Shown: piece by piece, positions 22,152 to 34,522 of the stretch | Numbering within the stretch: the first letter of the stretch is position 1 | Layout of the letters: each line of letters opens with the position of its first letter | NCBI GenBank assembly: GCA_016748015.1 | Contig: JAAOMT010000468.1 | Location: 682,001 to 746,000 of the forward strand | DNA length: 64,000 bases | Direction: 5' to 3' | Source: Geosiphon pyriformis uo1 | Lineage: Eukaryota; Fungi; Glomeromycota | Made by a program: the position numbers and the translations under genes | Notes under the pieces: model-generated | What the model was told of the DNA's origin: nothing | What the model saw: the letters and a program-made list of their open reading frames with translations, nothing else | Database searches by the model: none

Positions 22152-25100
22152 GTAGTGATTGCACCAAACACAACAACACTAGAGTATTATCAGTCAATTT
22201 ACACCCACTGTAAGCAAAGATTCAACATTCTAGACGAAATTGAAGTTATCAAAAAATTAGTATACCAATACATTGAAAACCACATCAACAATTATCTTTT
22301 GGAAACTACAACATTTCAGAAGTCAGAAACAACCTCTACAATAATTTAGTACACTATTTACAATTGGAAACAGAAGACCTAAACAGTAAAACACTTGCTA
22401 CCTATTTTCAAGAACTTAATTTTAACATTATCGAGTATTGTGAAGAAAAATACCCCTCAATACTCTATTGACTTTGAATTAGAAACAGGAACAAGCAACA
22501 AAGGCAAACAAAAATTGAAGCAATACTCAAGAATCACTCCAAACACTCTAATACTATAAAAGACAACTGCCAAACACTTGCAAACATCTGAACAAGGAAC
22601 CAGTGTTAAATTACCACTTTCTATTACACTATTTCTAATTTCACTTGCTTAACCACAAACACTAAGTTCACCACTTAACTGTTTTTCCAGACCAGAAGAT
22701 TTTCAGTCACCTAAAAATCCTACTTAACAGCAGAAACCAATATCAACAAGTGCCAATATCATTGATTACTTACAGGAAAACGAAAGTAATTATTCAGAAA
22801 GTCTGAAAAGTGAAGAAACTGAATTAAAACAAGAAAAAACTACAGAAAATAAAGAAAAAATGGCAACTGCTTATATTGCAAAGATTCCAGAATTTACTGG
22901 TAAAGATAATAATACCAGTCCTCAAGAATGGCTTGACAAAGTTCAAAAAGCAAGAGATACAAATGGTTGGACTGCAGCAAGAATGCTCAAAGCAATTCCA
23001 TACTTTCTCCAAAGAACTGCAGGAGAATGGTTTGAAAATTTAGAAGAACCATTTGAAAACTGGCAAGCATTCAAAAATGCTTTCTTACAACAATTCACCA
23101 ACAACAACACATCCATTACTCTTCATAATCACTTTTACAATATTAAACAAAAAACATCTGAAACTATTATGACCTATCTGAAAAGATTCAACAAACTTCT
23201 TCAACGAATTCAACAATTGGAAACCAATAAATACTATTCTGATGCCCAGATTCTGGATCAGTTTATAGCAGGATTAAAGAACAAATTAATTAAAAAAGTT
23301 TGTCCACATTTCCCAAAAAACTTAGCAACAATCATTAGACATACAAAGAACTATGAAATGGCTATGAAAGAAGCAAACCACATCAAACTTGTCAACCTAG
23401 CTATTAGAGAAACCAGTTTAGCAGCTGAAAAGAAAATAGACCAACTCACAAAAAAAGTTGAAAGCTACTTTACAAACCAACAACAACAGCAACAACAACC
23501 ACAAAGATATCAACTCCCACAACGATGCAATCAAAACAATTTTGGATCACCATTCAACAACCAAACTCAAAATTGTTATTATTGTGAAATTCCAGAACAC
23601 TGAAAACGGAATTGCAGAAAATTGCAAAGAGACCAACAAAATAGAAGTAATCAACATTACTCTTCACTACAACAATCTTATTACCAACCTCCACCACCAA
23701 CTTATTATTCACCAAGACCACAAAATCAAAACAATTACTATTAACCAGCTCCACAACCAATGCAGCAACAATATCAGCAACCTTTACCAATTCAGCAATA
23801 TCAAATACCACCCACTCAACAATATCAAGTACCAGCTAGAAGATTGGTTCAACATAACTAATTCACACCCCAAAATCAATTTCAGAATAACAACAATAGA
23901 ATCAACCCAAATAACCAGTTGGTTTCCCAAAATTCTGGTTAGCAAAGACCCAATCACTATCACACTCAACCCAGTTATCTTATAATGCCTAAAGAATCGG
24001 ATTTTCAACAAACTGCACTTTCTGAAGGTAAAGCTGCAGCACCAAAATCAAACTCTTCCAACAATACTATCTTACCAGCTCAAATTGCCTAAAATGCCAA
24101 CCTCTCAGATATATTCCCATTTGAATTTAAAGCAAATAAATTATCATTCTTGCTTAGTAATGCAGCAGCTAATGAACAAAAAGCTATTACTGCCATGTAT
24201 ACTGAAGCTACAGTAGAAGAAAAACCCATCCAATTAATTCTAAACAGTGGATTAGCTGGAAGTATTATTACCTACCAGTTAATGCAACAGCTTTAAAGAA
24301 CTGTTGACAGACTAGCCCAAACTGTAATTGTTATAGCAGATGGTATGAAAAAGACACCAGTAAGAGAAATTGACAATTTTTCATTTACCATTAATGAAAT
24401 CACCATTTCAGTCAAAGTTCTAGTCATAAATGCACTCTAATACCAAGCTTTGGTCGGAAATAATTGGTTTCTCAAGACCAATACAAACTTAGACTGAGAA
24501 ACTCAGGAACTAAAAATCTCATACCAAGGACAATACACTATAGTATCTGCTACTTGTACTTTCAACAAATAATCAGAAAAAGCCCCAGTATTCGAATTTA
24601 AAGAGAAAAAAAAATGCCACTCACTGAAACCTACATGGCTCTTGAATCAACATTCAATTGGGCTAAGGAAACAGAACAAGAGATTTTTGAAGAATCAAGA
24701 GGATGGAAGAAAGTTAGATATTCCACACCAAAACCACCATACATTCCACTAAAATGCAAAGATTGCAAAAAAAAGCTTTCATCTATGGGAGTCTGTATTT
24801 CCCCAAAAGAGGAATATGAAACTCGCACTTGTTACTTCTACAAAGCATGCCATAGAGAACAATTTGAATCTCCAAAGAGAAGTGGAAAATGAGACAACAC
24901 ACCTTGTCTCACATGTAGAGATATGCTACCAAAAAAATGCAACTGGATTGATGTTGCAATGAGAAGAGGAGTATGTAATCAAACCTGTCAATATGCTTTA
25001 TCAATTTCAGAAAAAGTCAGAAGAGAAACACCATTTGATGCAGCATACAACAGTGCTCTCAATAAACTTTACCACTACTTTCATGATGCTGAAATGATCT

Positions 25101-27750
25101 TTGATTTAGCAATGGCTTTAATTAATAGAGCCACACAGGAAGATGTCCACCAAATAAAAGAAGCTGAGTACATTGAATACACAATAGAATTAGCTAGATT
25201 CAACTATGTAAATAAGATAGAGACATACCACCAAATTGCAAGCCACACATATTCAACACAAGAAGCTCAAATTCAACAATTAGAGCAAATAAACATTCAA
25301 TTGTGTGAAGAATGCATCATGCTTTATAATGACAAATAGTGTCCAGAATGCTATGCTCTTAGCATTCCTCTGCCCAGTGAAAATGACCAGAAAGAAATCG
25401 AATTTGGGAAACCTGAAACAAAGAAAGAAATCACAACAACACCAATCTATTTTATTAAAAACCAGTTCATTATGTAACTCAAATACTTTGACAACAATGG
25501 GCAAGGAATAAAACGAGAAAAAGCTCATAAAATTGATACAAAATATGACCTCAAATATTCTGGCAAAAACACTTTGGTTCTGCAACCAAAGTTCTTGACA
25601 AAAATCAATCTTAAAATTGCTCTTGAAATTCTACCTAGAGCAATAGTTCAAATTGCATCCAGATCATCATTGGCAAGCAAAGGAATTAACATTAGAGAAG
25701 GAATCATAGATGCAGGATATACTGGAAACATTACCATCATGTTACAAAATAAAACAAACAAACCATTTAGGATTGAACATGCTGAGAAAATTGCCCAAGC
25801 AATTTACCTATCCTTAATCAACATTTCGGGTTTACAATCAGTAAAAAACAGAGAACAATTGGGAAAAAGTGAAAGAGGAACTCAAAGTTTTGGTTCAACT
25901 GGACAATTTACAGTGCCAGTAAATATAGCTCTCAATACACAAAACGAATTCCACCAGATTTTTTAACTTCCTCAACCAATTACCATTTCATCTTTTGGAG
26001 AACATCAGGAAATTTACATCTGCTCAAAATTCACCACTACTCAACAAATCTTTGAATCTAATAAACAAATCTGTTTAAAGCATAAAATCTCAATTCCAAA
26101 CGTTTATATTCCTAAAGAAATGAAAAAATTTCAAGTTACATTCTACAACCCCAACAATTACCCTATTGTCTTATTAAATAAATTAGAAATTAGAATCATA
26201 CATAATAACATCTTCCAAGATAAAAACCCTCAAATTGTCTCTAATTTCATCAAAATTATAAGACATACTCTACTTCCAAATCCAAACATCATTCCTACTA
26301 CTGAAAACTACCACCTTTTAGAAGAAAAACTCTCTCGAATCAACATGGGTCCCTTAGAACTCCAAAAACAAAGACAATTGAAACAGCTAATAGCTGAATT
26401 TGCAGATATTTTTGCAAAGGACAACAATGACCTTAGAAAAACTAATGTTGTTCAACATCAGATTCACACAGGAGATGCTCCACCAAAAAGACAACAAGCT
26501 TATCGAGTGCCACCTGCCAGCCACCAATTTATCAAAGAAGAGATCCAAAGAATGCTTAATAACGGATTGATTCAACTATCAAAAAGTTTTTGGGTCTTAC
26601 CAGTAATTTTAATTAAAAAGAAAAACGGAAAAATCAGATTCTGTGTTGATTATAGACAACTAAATAGTGTTACAATTGAAGATGCCTACCCTTTTCCAAG
26701 AATTAATGACATGCTAAATGCTCTAGGAAAAGCCAAGTTCTTTTCAACTTTAGACTTGGAAAGTGGATACTGGCAAGTCAAAATGGACCCAAAAGATAGA
26801 CCCAAAACAACATTCACCACTCAAGAAGGAAACTATAAGTTTAATGTTATGCCTTTTGGACTTTGCAATGCATCAGCAATATTCCAATAACTTATAGATG
26901 TTGTATATAAAAGATTCTTGTGGCAATCAGTAGTTGTCTATCTTAATGACATTAATGTATACTCACCAAGCTTTGAAGCCTATCTTATCCACTTGCGAGA
27001 AGTTTTTCAACAATTATGAAAAGCAGAATTAAAGTTGAACATTGAGAAATGTCACTTTAGAAAACAAGCCTAATCTTTCTTGAACACATTGTTAGCAAAA
27101 ATAGAGTCAAACCAAATTCTGGAACAATTAGTGCTATTAAAAACTTTCAAACTTTTAAAAATACCACAGAACTACAAAGATTTGTAGGATTAGCCTCTTA
27201 TTATCAAAAATTCATAAAAGGATTCTCAGAAATTGCCAAACCACTTAATTATCTTACCAACAAAAATGTGCCATATCAATGGACTGAAGAACAACAAAAA
27301 GCTTTTGAAACTCTCAAAACAAAATTGACAACAGCCCCAATTCTTGCTTACCCAGACTTCAACAAACAATTTCAACTAGCCACTGATGTTTCACACATAG
27401 CTTTTGGTGCTATCTTATCACAATTAGATGAAAATGGCCAAGAACAAGTCATTGCCTATGCCAGCAGAACACTCAAGCCAACAGAACTCAAATATGGCTC
27501 AACTGAATTAGAAGCTGCCGCAGTCATCTGGACTCTCAAACACTTTCAACAATACCTGAAGAATGAAAAAAAATTTGACATCATAACTGACAATATTGGC
27601 CTCAAATGGCTCAACAAAAAAAAAACTGAACAAAGTACCAAACAGTCTTAATAGAATGACTTCTTAGCAGACTACAAATATATTGTACACCATAAACCAG
27701 GAAAACTATACACCAATGTTGATAGCCTTTTAAGAATGAAACAAGATTAA
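22152..27750 (+). pseudogene. E3 Gag-PR-Cys domain-dUTPase-RT-RNaseH polyprotein (decayed)
   Basis: Capsid from ATG 22860, CYYCEIPEH*KRNC knuckle, GIIDAGYTG, RFCVDYRQLN, ATDVS, ELEAAAV; ends LLRMKQD* at 27748-27750. Confidence 0.93.
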
Positions 27751-27808
27751 CATTAACAACAAAACTCACCACAATTTACCAATCTACCAACACAATAACC
27801 AAACAACA

Positions 27809-29194
27809 ATAGATTCTAGAAATTACAACAATATTAAAAACTATTTGAAGACTCTTACTATGCCAGAAAATTGGTCTCCAAGTAAAAAACATTGATTACA
27901 ACACCAATCCAAACAATATTTTATACATTACAACAAAATCTATTACAAAAATTACAGAAATCCAAACCAACCACTCAGATTAGTACAAGAAAATAAAAAA
28001 TAAACAATCTTATACAACATACATACAGATCCTTCTTCGGCACACTTAGAAAGAGATGGAACAATACAAAGAATTCTTGAACATTATTTTTGGCCTCAAA
28101 TGCAAAAAGATATTTGACAATATGTAGAATCTTGTGATAGTTGTTAAAAAAGAAAAGGAACTTGCCCCACAGAATCTTTAAATTCAATCAAAGTTGAACA
28201 ACCTTTTGACAGAATTGGAATTGATTTAATTGGACCATTACTTATCACAACTCAAGAAAATCATTATATTGTAGTTGCAGTAGATTATCTTACCAAATGG
28301 CCTGAAGCTAGAGCCATCCAAAGAACAAATGCAAAATTAGTAGCAAATTTTATCTATAAAGACATTATTTGTAGACATAAATATCCAATTGAACTCTTAT
28401 CTAATCAAGAAACACATTTTGTGAACAACTTGATACAAGAAATTTGTGAACAATTCAATGTTAAAAGACCTTTATCATCACCTTATCATCCTCAAACAAA
28501 TAGACTTGTAGAACATTTTAACAGAACATTGTGTGAATCTCTAGCCAAAGTCTCAACAAACTTTAAACAGGAATGGGATATCTTTATTCCATTAGTATTA
28601 CTAGCATACAAAACACTAAAACAAGATACTATGAAACACACACTATTTGATTTAACTTATGGAAAAACAGCAATATTACCAATTAATTTCACAGTAAAAA
28701 CATATCCTGTGTGACCAATTAATGAAGAGAACTTTCAAGAAACACTCCAAAGAAGGGCCTACACTTTTTTTAGTATACTGGAAGGAAAAAAAAGGATAGC
28801 AGCAACTCATATTAAACATTCCCAAACTCAACAAAAAGAAAGACATGACAACAAATTACCACCCATAACCAATGAATTTAAAGTTGGGAATAAAGTTTTC
28901 TTATACAGAACTAAGGCTGAAAAACAATGGAGTGGAAAATTTAAAAACAAATGGGATGAACTATTTTATATTCACGAAATTCTAAGCAATGAATCATACA
29001 AGTTAAGACTTGATGACAAAGTACTAGTAAAAGTTGCACATGGAGATAGATTGAAACACTATCATTTCAGAAACAATTCTGAACCATTAATTCCACAAAT
29101 TAATACACATTCCTCTTTAATTAACCCTGAAGATATTCTCTGAAATTTAGAACCAATAGTTATAATAAAACAACAACCAAACTTGAATACTTAA
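27809..29194 (+). pseudogene. E3 integrase (start mutated to ATA; same 1386-nt length as in E1/E2)
   Basis: CDSC, GIDLIGP, VDYLTKWPEA, SPYHPQTN, LEPIVIIK. Confidence 0.92.
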
Positions 29195-29349
29195 TTTAAT
29201 ATTTATAATAATCCTTTGAAAAATATAGACAAAATATAAACAAAAATAGTAAATAATTACAAGAAACATTCAAACCCAAAAACAAATAAAAATCCTATAC
29301 CCAAAAATAATTTTCTTTATTTTTTTCTTTATTAGTTAGTCATTTTATC

Positions 29350-30057
29350 ATAATTATTCTCCGAAATATTCAACAAATATCCCAAAAATTAATGTTAGCC
29401 TTGAAAACACTTCTTGACTTATCCATAATGCTTAATAAAAGTCAAATTAATTATATTCAGAAAGAAACCACAGCCCCAATAGTAAATAATTCTCAGAACT
29501 ATTACCCCTATAAAAAAAAAACAAGAAGTTATTCTGGAAATAGGTTACCAGAACTTTTGAAGCAAGCATTGAAAGAAAATCTTTTAATTGCCCCTATTGA
29601 CATTTTACCAAATACTACATTGCAACAAAAACTTCTTCTATTCCTCAATGAACAGAACAATGAATATACACCTATATATAGATATTTTCATATTAGAAAA
29701 ACACTTTATGAACGAAAACTGGAACTTAAAGCAACCAACATTACTCTTGAGACTGTACAAAAACAAATTCACAATGAATTTAAGACAGCAGCTGGATTAA
29801 CAAACACTTGCTACAAACTTAGAGCAGCTTTTAAACTCTATAATTTGTTCAATACTTGCAAAAATGTCCTACAAAATTCAATACTGCAACCAATAAAAGT
29901 TCAATATATTGGCAAACTCACAGAACTGAAATTTCAACAATTTTCAGACCAAATCACTTCAATTATTCTGGACCACTATCTTGACATTACAGATAGTACT
30001 TGAACTTTGACAAAGCTCAGTCTTGAGAAGAAGATTATGTTACCAGTGGAATTTTAA
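29350..30057 (+). pseudogene. E3 ORF3 (start ATA, one TGG>TGA)
   Basis: Homologous to E2 ORF3 (PIYRYFHI.KTLYERKLEL, LRAAF.LYNLF, YIGKLTELKFQQF) with many synonymous differences. Confidence 0.82.
30025..30037 (+). other. E3 polypurine tract
   Basis: GAGAAGAAGATTA, the E1/E2 PPT with G>A changes. Confidence 0.85.
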
Positions 30058-31020
30058 CTATTAATTAGCATGAAATTATCTTCATAATTCTTATTATTAA
30101 GTAGCATATTATTATCATTTTGATTATCACTTATTAATTAGCCAAATTATCAAATATTATTACTCAATCAATAATTCGATTTGTACTATAGAAATTAAGA
30201 TGATCAAATTACACAATACCCTGAACCATTTAATATAATCAAAATTCGCCAAAATTAATGGGAAAATTGCCGAAATAATCAATAATTCGTAGAAATAACT
30301 TGTAGTTTGCTGAAATGTATCTTTAGTTTACCCAAATTGTAGAACAGAGAAAAGTACAAGTTCAAAGACTAGTACTACAACAAGTTGTATAAAAAAAGAG
30401 CTTTTCTTTTCAAAAAAATATATCCTTCCCATATCTTCTCATAATATCTTAACATAGTATCTCACTTTAGATATCTTAATTAAAAACAAATTATCTTTTA
30501 CACATTTAAATAAAAATTAAATATTCAAAAACCAAATTCTTTGATTATTGCACTTGAAATTCTCTTAACACAACTAACGTTTTTGAAATTGATTAACTAC
30601 CAATTTCAGTAATCTGTTAGTGACTCTAAGTCTGGATAGAAAACATTTCTCTTGATAAAATTCTATTTCTTTTATATTTCTTTTATATTTCTTTTATTTT
30701 TTTATCATAATCATTAGGGTAGCCTACAGACAAGATTCCTGTAGAAAAGTTGACTTTCACAGCAAAGTAATTACACATTTTTAGTAAGCTTCCAGATGAG
30801 CAATTACTAGGAAAGTGTTGATGTTTACTACAATGTAACTACATAAAGTAACTAGCAAGGAATTGGCCATTCCACTTATAAGCCCAGCAGTTCAAATTAT
30901 AGGAGATAATTTGAAGATAAATTCAGTTACTGGAGGTTCAACTACTTCCTAAGAATGTGAATTCACAGCAAATCAGCATTAACAACATTCAAAAAAAGAG
31001 ACCAAAAACCTCCAGTAACA
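30038..31020 (+). repeat. E3 3' LTR (983 bp)
   Basis: Direct repeat of 21123-22105. Confidence 0.96.
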
Positions 31021-31024
31021 GCAT

Positions 31025-33894
31025 ACAGCAACTTTAACATTCTTTGTGGGAACAACTTTTCTGTTTTGAAGAGTACAATAACCCAATCCCCAATTTTTGC
31101 TATTGGTTCAGTGGTTGAAAATGTTTTGGAGAAGAACCAGAAGCTCTGTCTTGTCTTACAGGACATGCGGAAGGCATATGACTCAGTTGGATAGAAGCAT
31201 CTCAAAAATAGTCTGGTCAGAATCAAAATGTATAGCAAGTTCATTCAATTTTTTGGTAATATTTATAGGGATCACATTAATTGGGTCATGACTGATTTTG
31301 GATTGATTAATAGATATTGTGTTTACAATGATTTAGACCAAGAGGAGGTTTTCTTGCCTCTTTTTTGGTACATATTTTATGATTCTCTTTTGTATGAAGT
31401 TAAACAACAAGAAAACATGTGTGAGTACAGATTGATTTCTTATTTTATTTCCAAAAATGGCCATGTTGAGTCTCAAGCTGGGCTCTCCTCTTTTTTTGCT
31501 GCTGGTGCTTTCATTGATGATACTATTTGGGTTGGTAACAGTTGGACTGCTACTCAACACATTCTCAATATAGTAAGTGAATTTTATCATATCAATAATA
31601 TTTTTATTAATACTGACAAAACTGTTGTCATTTCTGTCAATTGCAACATGGCAAATTCTTCTCTGTCAATTAGTGGATCAACTATTTCTATTACTAAAAA
31701 GGGTGAATTACATTATTATTTGGACATATTTCTGTTCACAGAGGGTTTTTCAAAGCCTAGCTTGGCTAAGACACATTCAGATGTTTGGTTTTTTGCCAAT
31801 ATGGTTTTGAGAAAAGCTATCTCAGACAAACAGTTCTCTTATTTGGTTTTAGTGGTTTTTTAACTTATCATTAATTATAAAACTCAGTTTAGTTTTATTC
31901 CTATTGGAGTGTGTAAAAAATAGGATGCTTTGATTTGAAAAAGTTTGAAGTCAAAATCTGGCTTACCATATGATTTTCTAAGCAATATAATTCATCATCT
32001 GTCTTTTTATAATTTGAAACCTTTCGAGCAGGTCCAGTCTGAGAGAAAGTTGGTGTCTTTTATAAATTTTGCAAATTCTGATGGAATTTTGGGTTATTTG
32101 TTTTCTCATAGGTCTCATGATTTGCAGATTTTGTGTTGGCACTCTTGTCATCTTTTGTGTTTTCCAGTTCATTTGAAAGTTGATCCTTTTGATAATTTTT
32201 TAATAGGCATAATTTGCATTTTTCTTGTATATAATTTGTCTCTGGATGGTTCTATGAACAATTTGTTTTATCTTCAGGGTGGTACACTTATGTTATTTGT
32301 TCTTGGTGAGTTTAAGTTTGTCAAGTTTTTCCCTTCCCTTCAGTATTATAGCATTGCTTTTGTGGAACAACTGCGTGACCACCATGGTGCTGTTTTTGAT
32401 TGGAAGATCTTTAAACATTGGAAGAGATTGGACTCTTGTGGCCCTATTCCTAAATGGTTCTCAATCTTTACTGTATTCCTTGGTAGTGCTCTCTCTTTTT
32501 TTTCTGGTCTTTCTCCTCTGGGTGCTTTTAGGCTCTCAAGTATTCTCGGGTCTTGTAATTTTGATTCAATTTGCTGTCAGCTGTCTCGTGTTGGTAGTAG
32601 TGTTCTGTCTGTATATACAAATGGCTCCCTTAAGGGCTTAAGCTTAGCTAATCTGAAGGCTGATGCTGCAGTTTTTTTTGAGGACATTAACTTGGGTTTG
32701 GGTGTTAATGTTTCTGGTTTGGTGTCATCTACTATGGCAGAGTTATAGACAATTGCATTGGCTCTTGAGTGTGTTCTTCTTCATGGCTCAGTCAATTTGT
32801 TTATGGACAGTCAAGTGGTATTGGATGTGTGCAAATCAGAGTTGGGCTTAGTGTGTCCAGATTTTTGTAATCAGTATTGGGTGGAGCACTGCCACATTGT
32901 GGGTGTTATTTGTGATAAGAACTTGAAGGTCAGCTGGCACAAAGTTAAGGGTCACTTGGGCATTTTGGGAAATAAGCATGCTAATTCACTTGCTGAGGAT
33001 GCTTTTCTCTCTGGTTGGTGTCTTCCTTCTTGTTTTACCAATTATTATATTCTGGCTAATAGTGTAATGGTCTTTGGTAATTCTAGACATTTTGCTTATG
33101 ATATTTTTCAGTTTATTTGTTGTGCATTTTAGAAGGTTGGTTTTGGTTCTAAAATTTTTGTGAACAGTTTGCATTCAAATGTTGATTGGTGCAGTTCATT
33201 TCTTGTTTGATATTCTGATTTGCATATAGATGCTGGTTTTACCAGCAAGTCTTCATCTGGTGCTCATACTTATTTTATGAAAGCTTTATACCATTGGCTA
33301 CCTGTGGCTGTCTGAAAACGGCTGTACAGCAGACTTTACTCTAGTGTGATTTGCTTATTTTGCAGGAATATTGAGGTGTCAGACCATGTTTTTTCCTGTG
33401 TGGCTGATGATTCTGCTCGTCACTGTTTGTTGAACACCCATGCAGATGTTTGGAGAGTGCTTTCTGGTCTCTTTTGTTTGTCTTCTTGTGTAGTTCAGTT
33501 ATTTTCCTCTTGTGTGTCCAATGTTAATGTGTTTACTGTTTTTTGCAAAAGTTTTGTATTTGATGATTGGATTTAAATAACAGTGTTTGTGTTTGGTAAT
33601 CCCAAAATTGTGAGTTTAAAGATCATAAATTTTCTGCATGCATTCTGCCTGGCTTTTAGGGATGAGGTTTGGTTGGTCTATGCAAAGCATTATGTTTTTA
33701 TAAAGATAAATGGCTTGATTCCACCTAATGGTTCAGCTCCAGTTTTGGTTTCTGAGTTGTCTTTATTTCTTTTTGTGGGTGTAATTAGGTTGTTGGGTGT
33801 TGCTGAGGCATTTGATGTTTGTTTTGGGCTTCACAGGTCTTGTTTGTTTTTTTCAGGAATTAATAATCCAGTCTTAGTCTATATAAGTGCTTAG
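31025..33894 (+). pseudogene. LINE A ORF2 part 3: RT core, RNase H, C-terminal Cys/His finger
   Basis: QDMRKAYDSV, LDQEE (GLDQGE), AFIDDT, VYTNGS (YTDGS), STMAEL, KVKGH.GILGN, CLFC...E..DHVFSC. Confidence 0.93.
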
Positions 33895-34027
33895 TGTTGT
33901 TCTGATTGGTCCAAATGGCTGGTCACATGTAGAAAGTGCATAATTCATGCCTAGTTTAAATCATTGTTGTTGATGTATTTCTCTAAGTAGTGTCTGGACT
34001 TCACTTGTAAATCGTTAAAAAAAAAAA

Positions 34028-34399
34028 TATATTATTAACAAAATTATTTAAATTTACATTATAATTTTATTAGTTTCATATTTTTAACAATTTTAATTAG
34101 TTTATTTTTTGTTAATTTAAAAATTTAACAATTTTTTTATTTTTATAATAATTAAAATAACATAATAATTAATATTAAAATATATTTTAAAATAATAAAT
34201 ATCTTTATTAAATATACTATTTAAAAGTTTTTTGCCAACAAAAACATATTTAATAATTTACTTAAATTGTTTTAAATTAGTAAATAGTTTTTAGATTATT
34301 TAGCAAAATATTATAAATATTAAATTTATTAAATTTTATATTATTTTTATTGAAAATTTTTTTTGTTATTATAAAATACTTTTATTATTATTATTTTTT
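34028..34399. other. Near-pure A/T spacer between the converging 3' ends of LINEs A and B
   Basis: Very few G/C, no ORF. Confidence 0.8.
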
Positions 34400-34522
34400 A
34401 TTAAAAATTTTACAAGTGCAGCCCAACCACTACCTAAATACATAGAATATACAGAATCTAAATTAAGCATGGTTCATGTTTTTTCTACACGTAACTAGTC
34501 ACTCAGGCCAACCAAGGCAGCA

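Larger units (their letters stand above)
21123..31020 (+). mobile_element. E3: Ty3/gypsy-type LTR retrotransposon, family A (divergent subfamily), complete and unnested
   Basis: 983-bp LTRs at 21123-22105 and 30038-31020; TSD GCAT at 21119-21122 and 31021-31024. Confidence 0.96.
1..34027 (+). mobile_element. LINE A: non-LTR retrotransposon (ORF1 end, APE-RT-RNaseH-Zn finger ORF2, 3' UTR, poly-A), interrupted by E1/E2 and E3; 5' part lies outside the window
   Basis: ORF2 reads on across both insertions once the 4-bp TSD is removed (FFA|KIPT*SNLCGVAKIIDY at 829/20280; DRILLA|YSNFNILCGNNFSVL at 21122/31025). A-run at 34017-34027. Confidence 0.93.

Noticed and set aside
22152-29194. Alternative genetic code or readthrough to explain the many in-frame stops
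   Set aside because: Stops mostly differ between copies and derive from CGA, CAA, CAG or TGG by transitions; this is decay.
34394-34412. Possible 19-bp TSD of LINE B (similar to 43455-43473)
   Set aside because: Low-complexity A/T match that overlaps the element's own conserved 3' terminus; could easily be chance.
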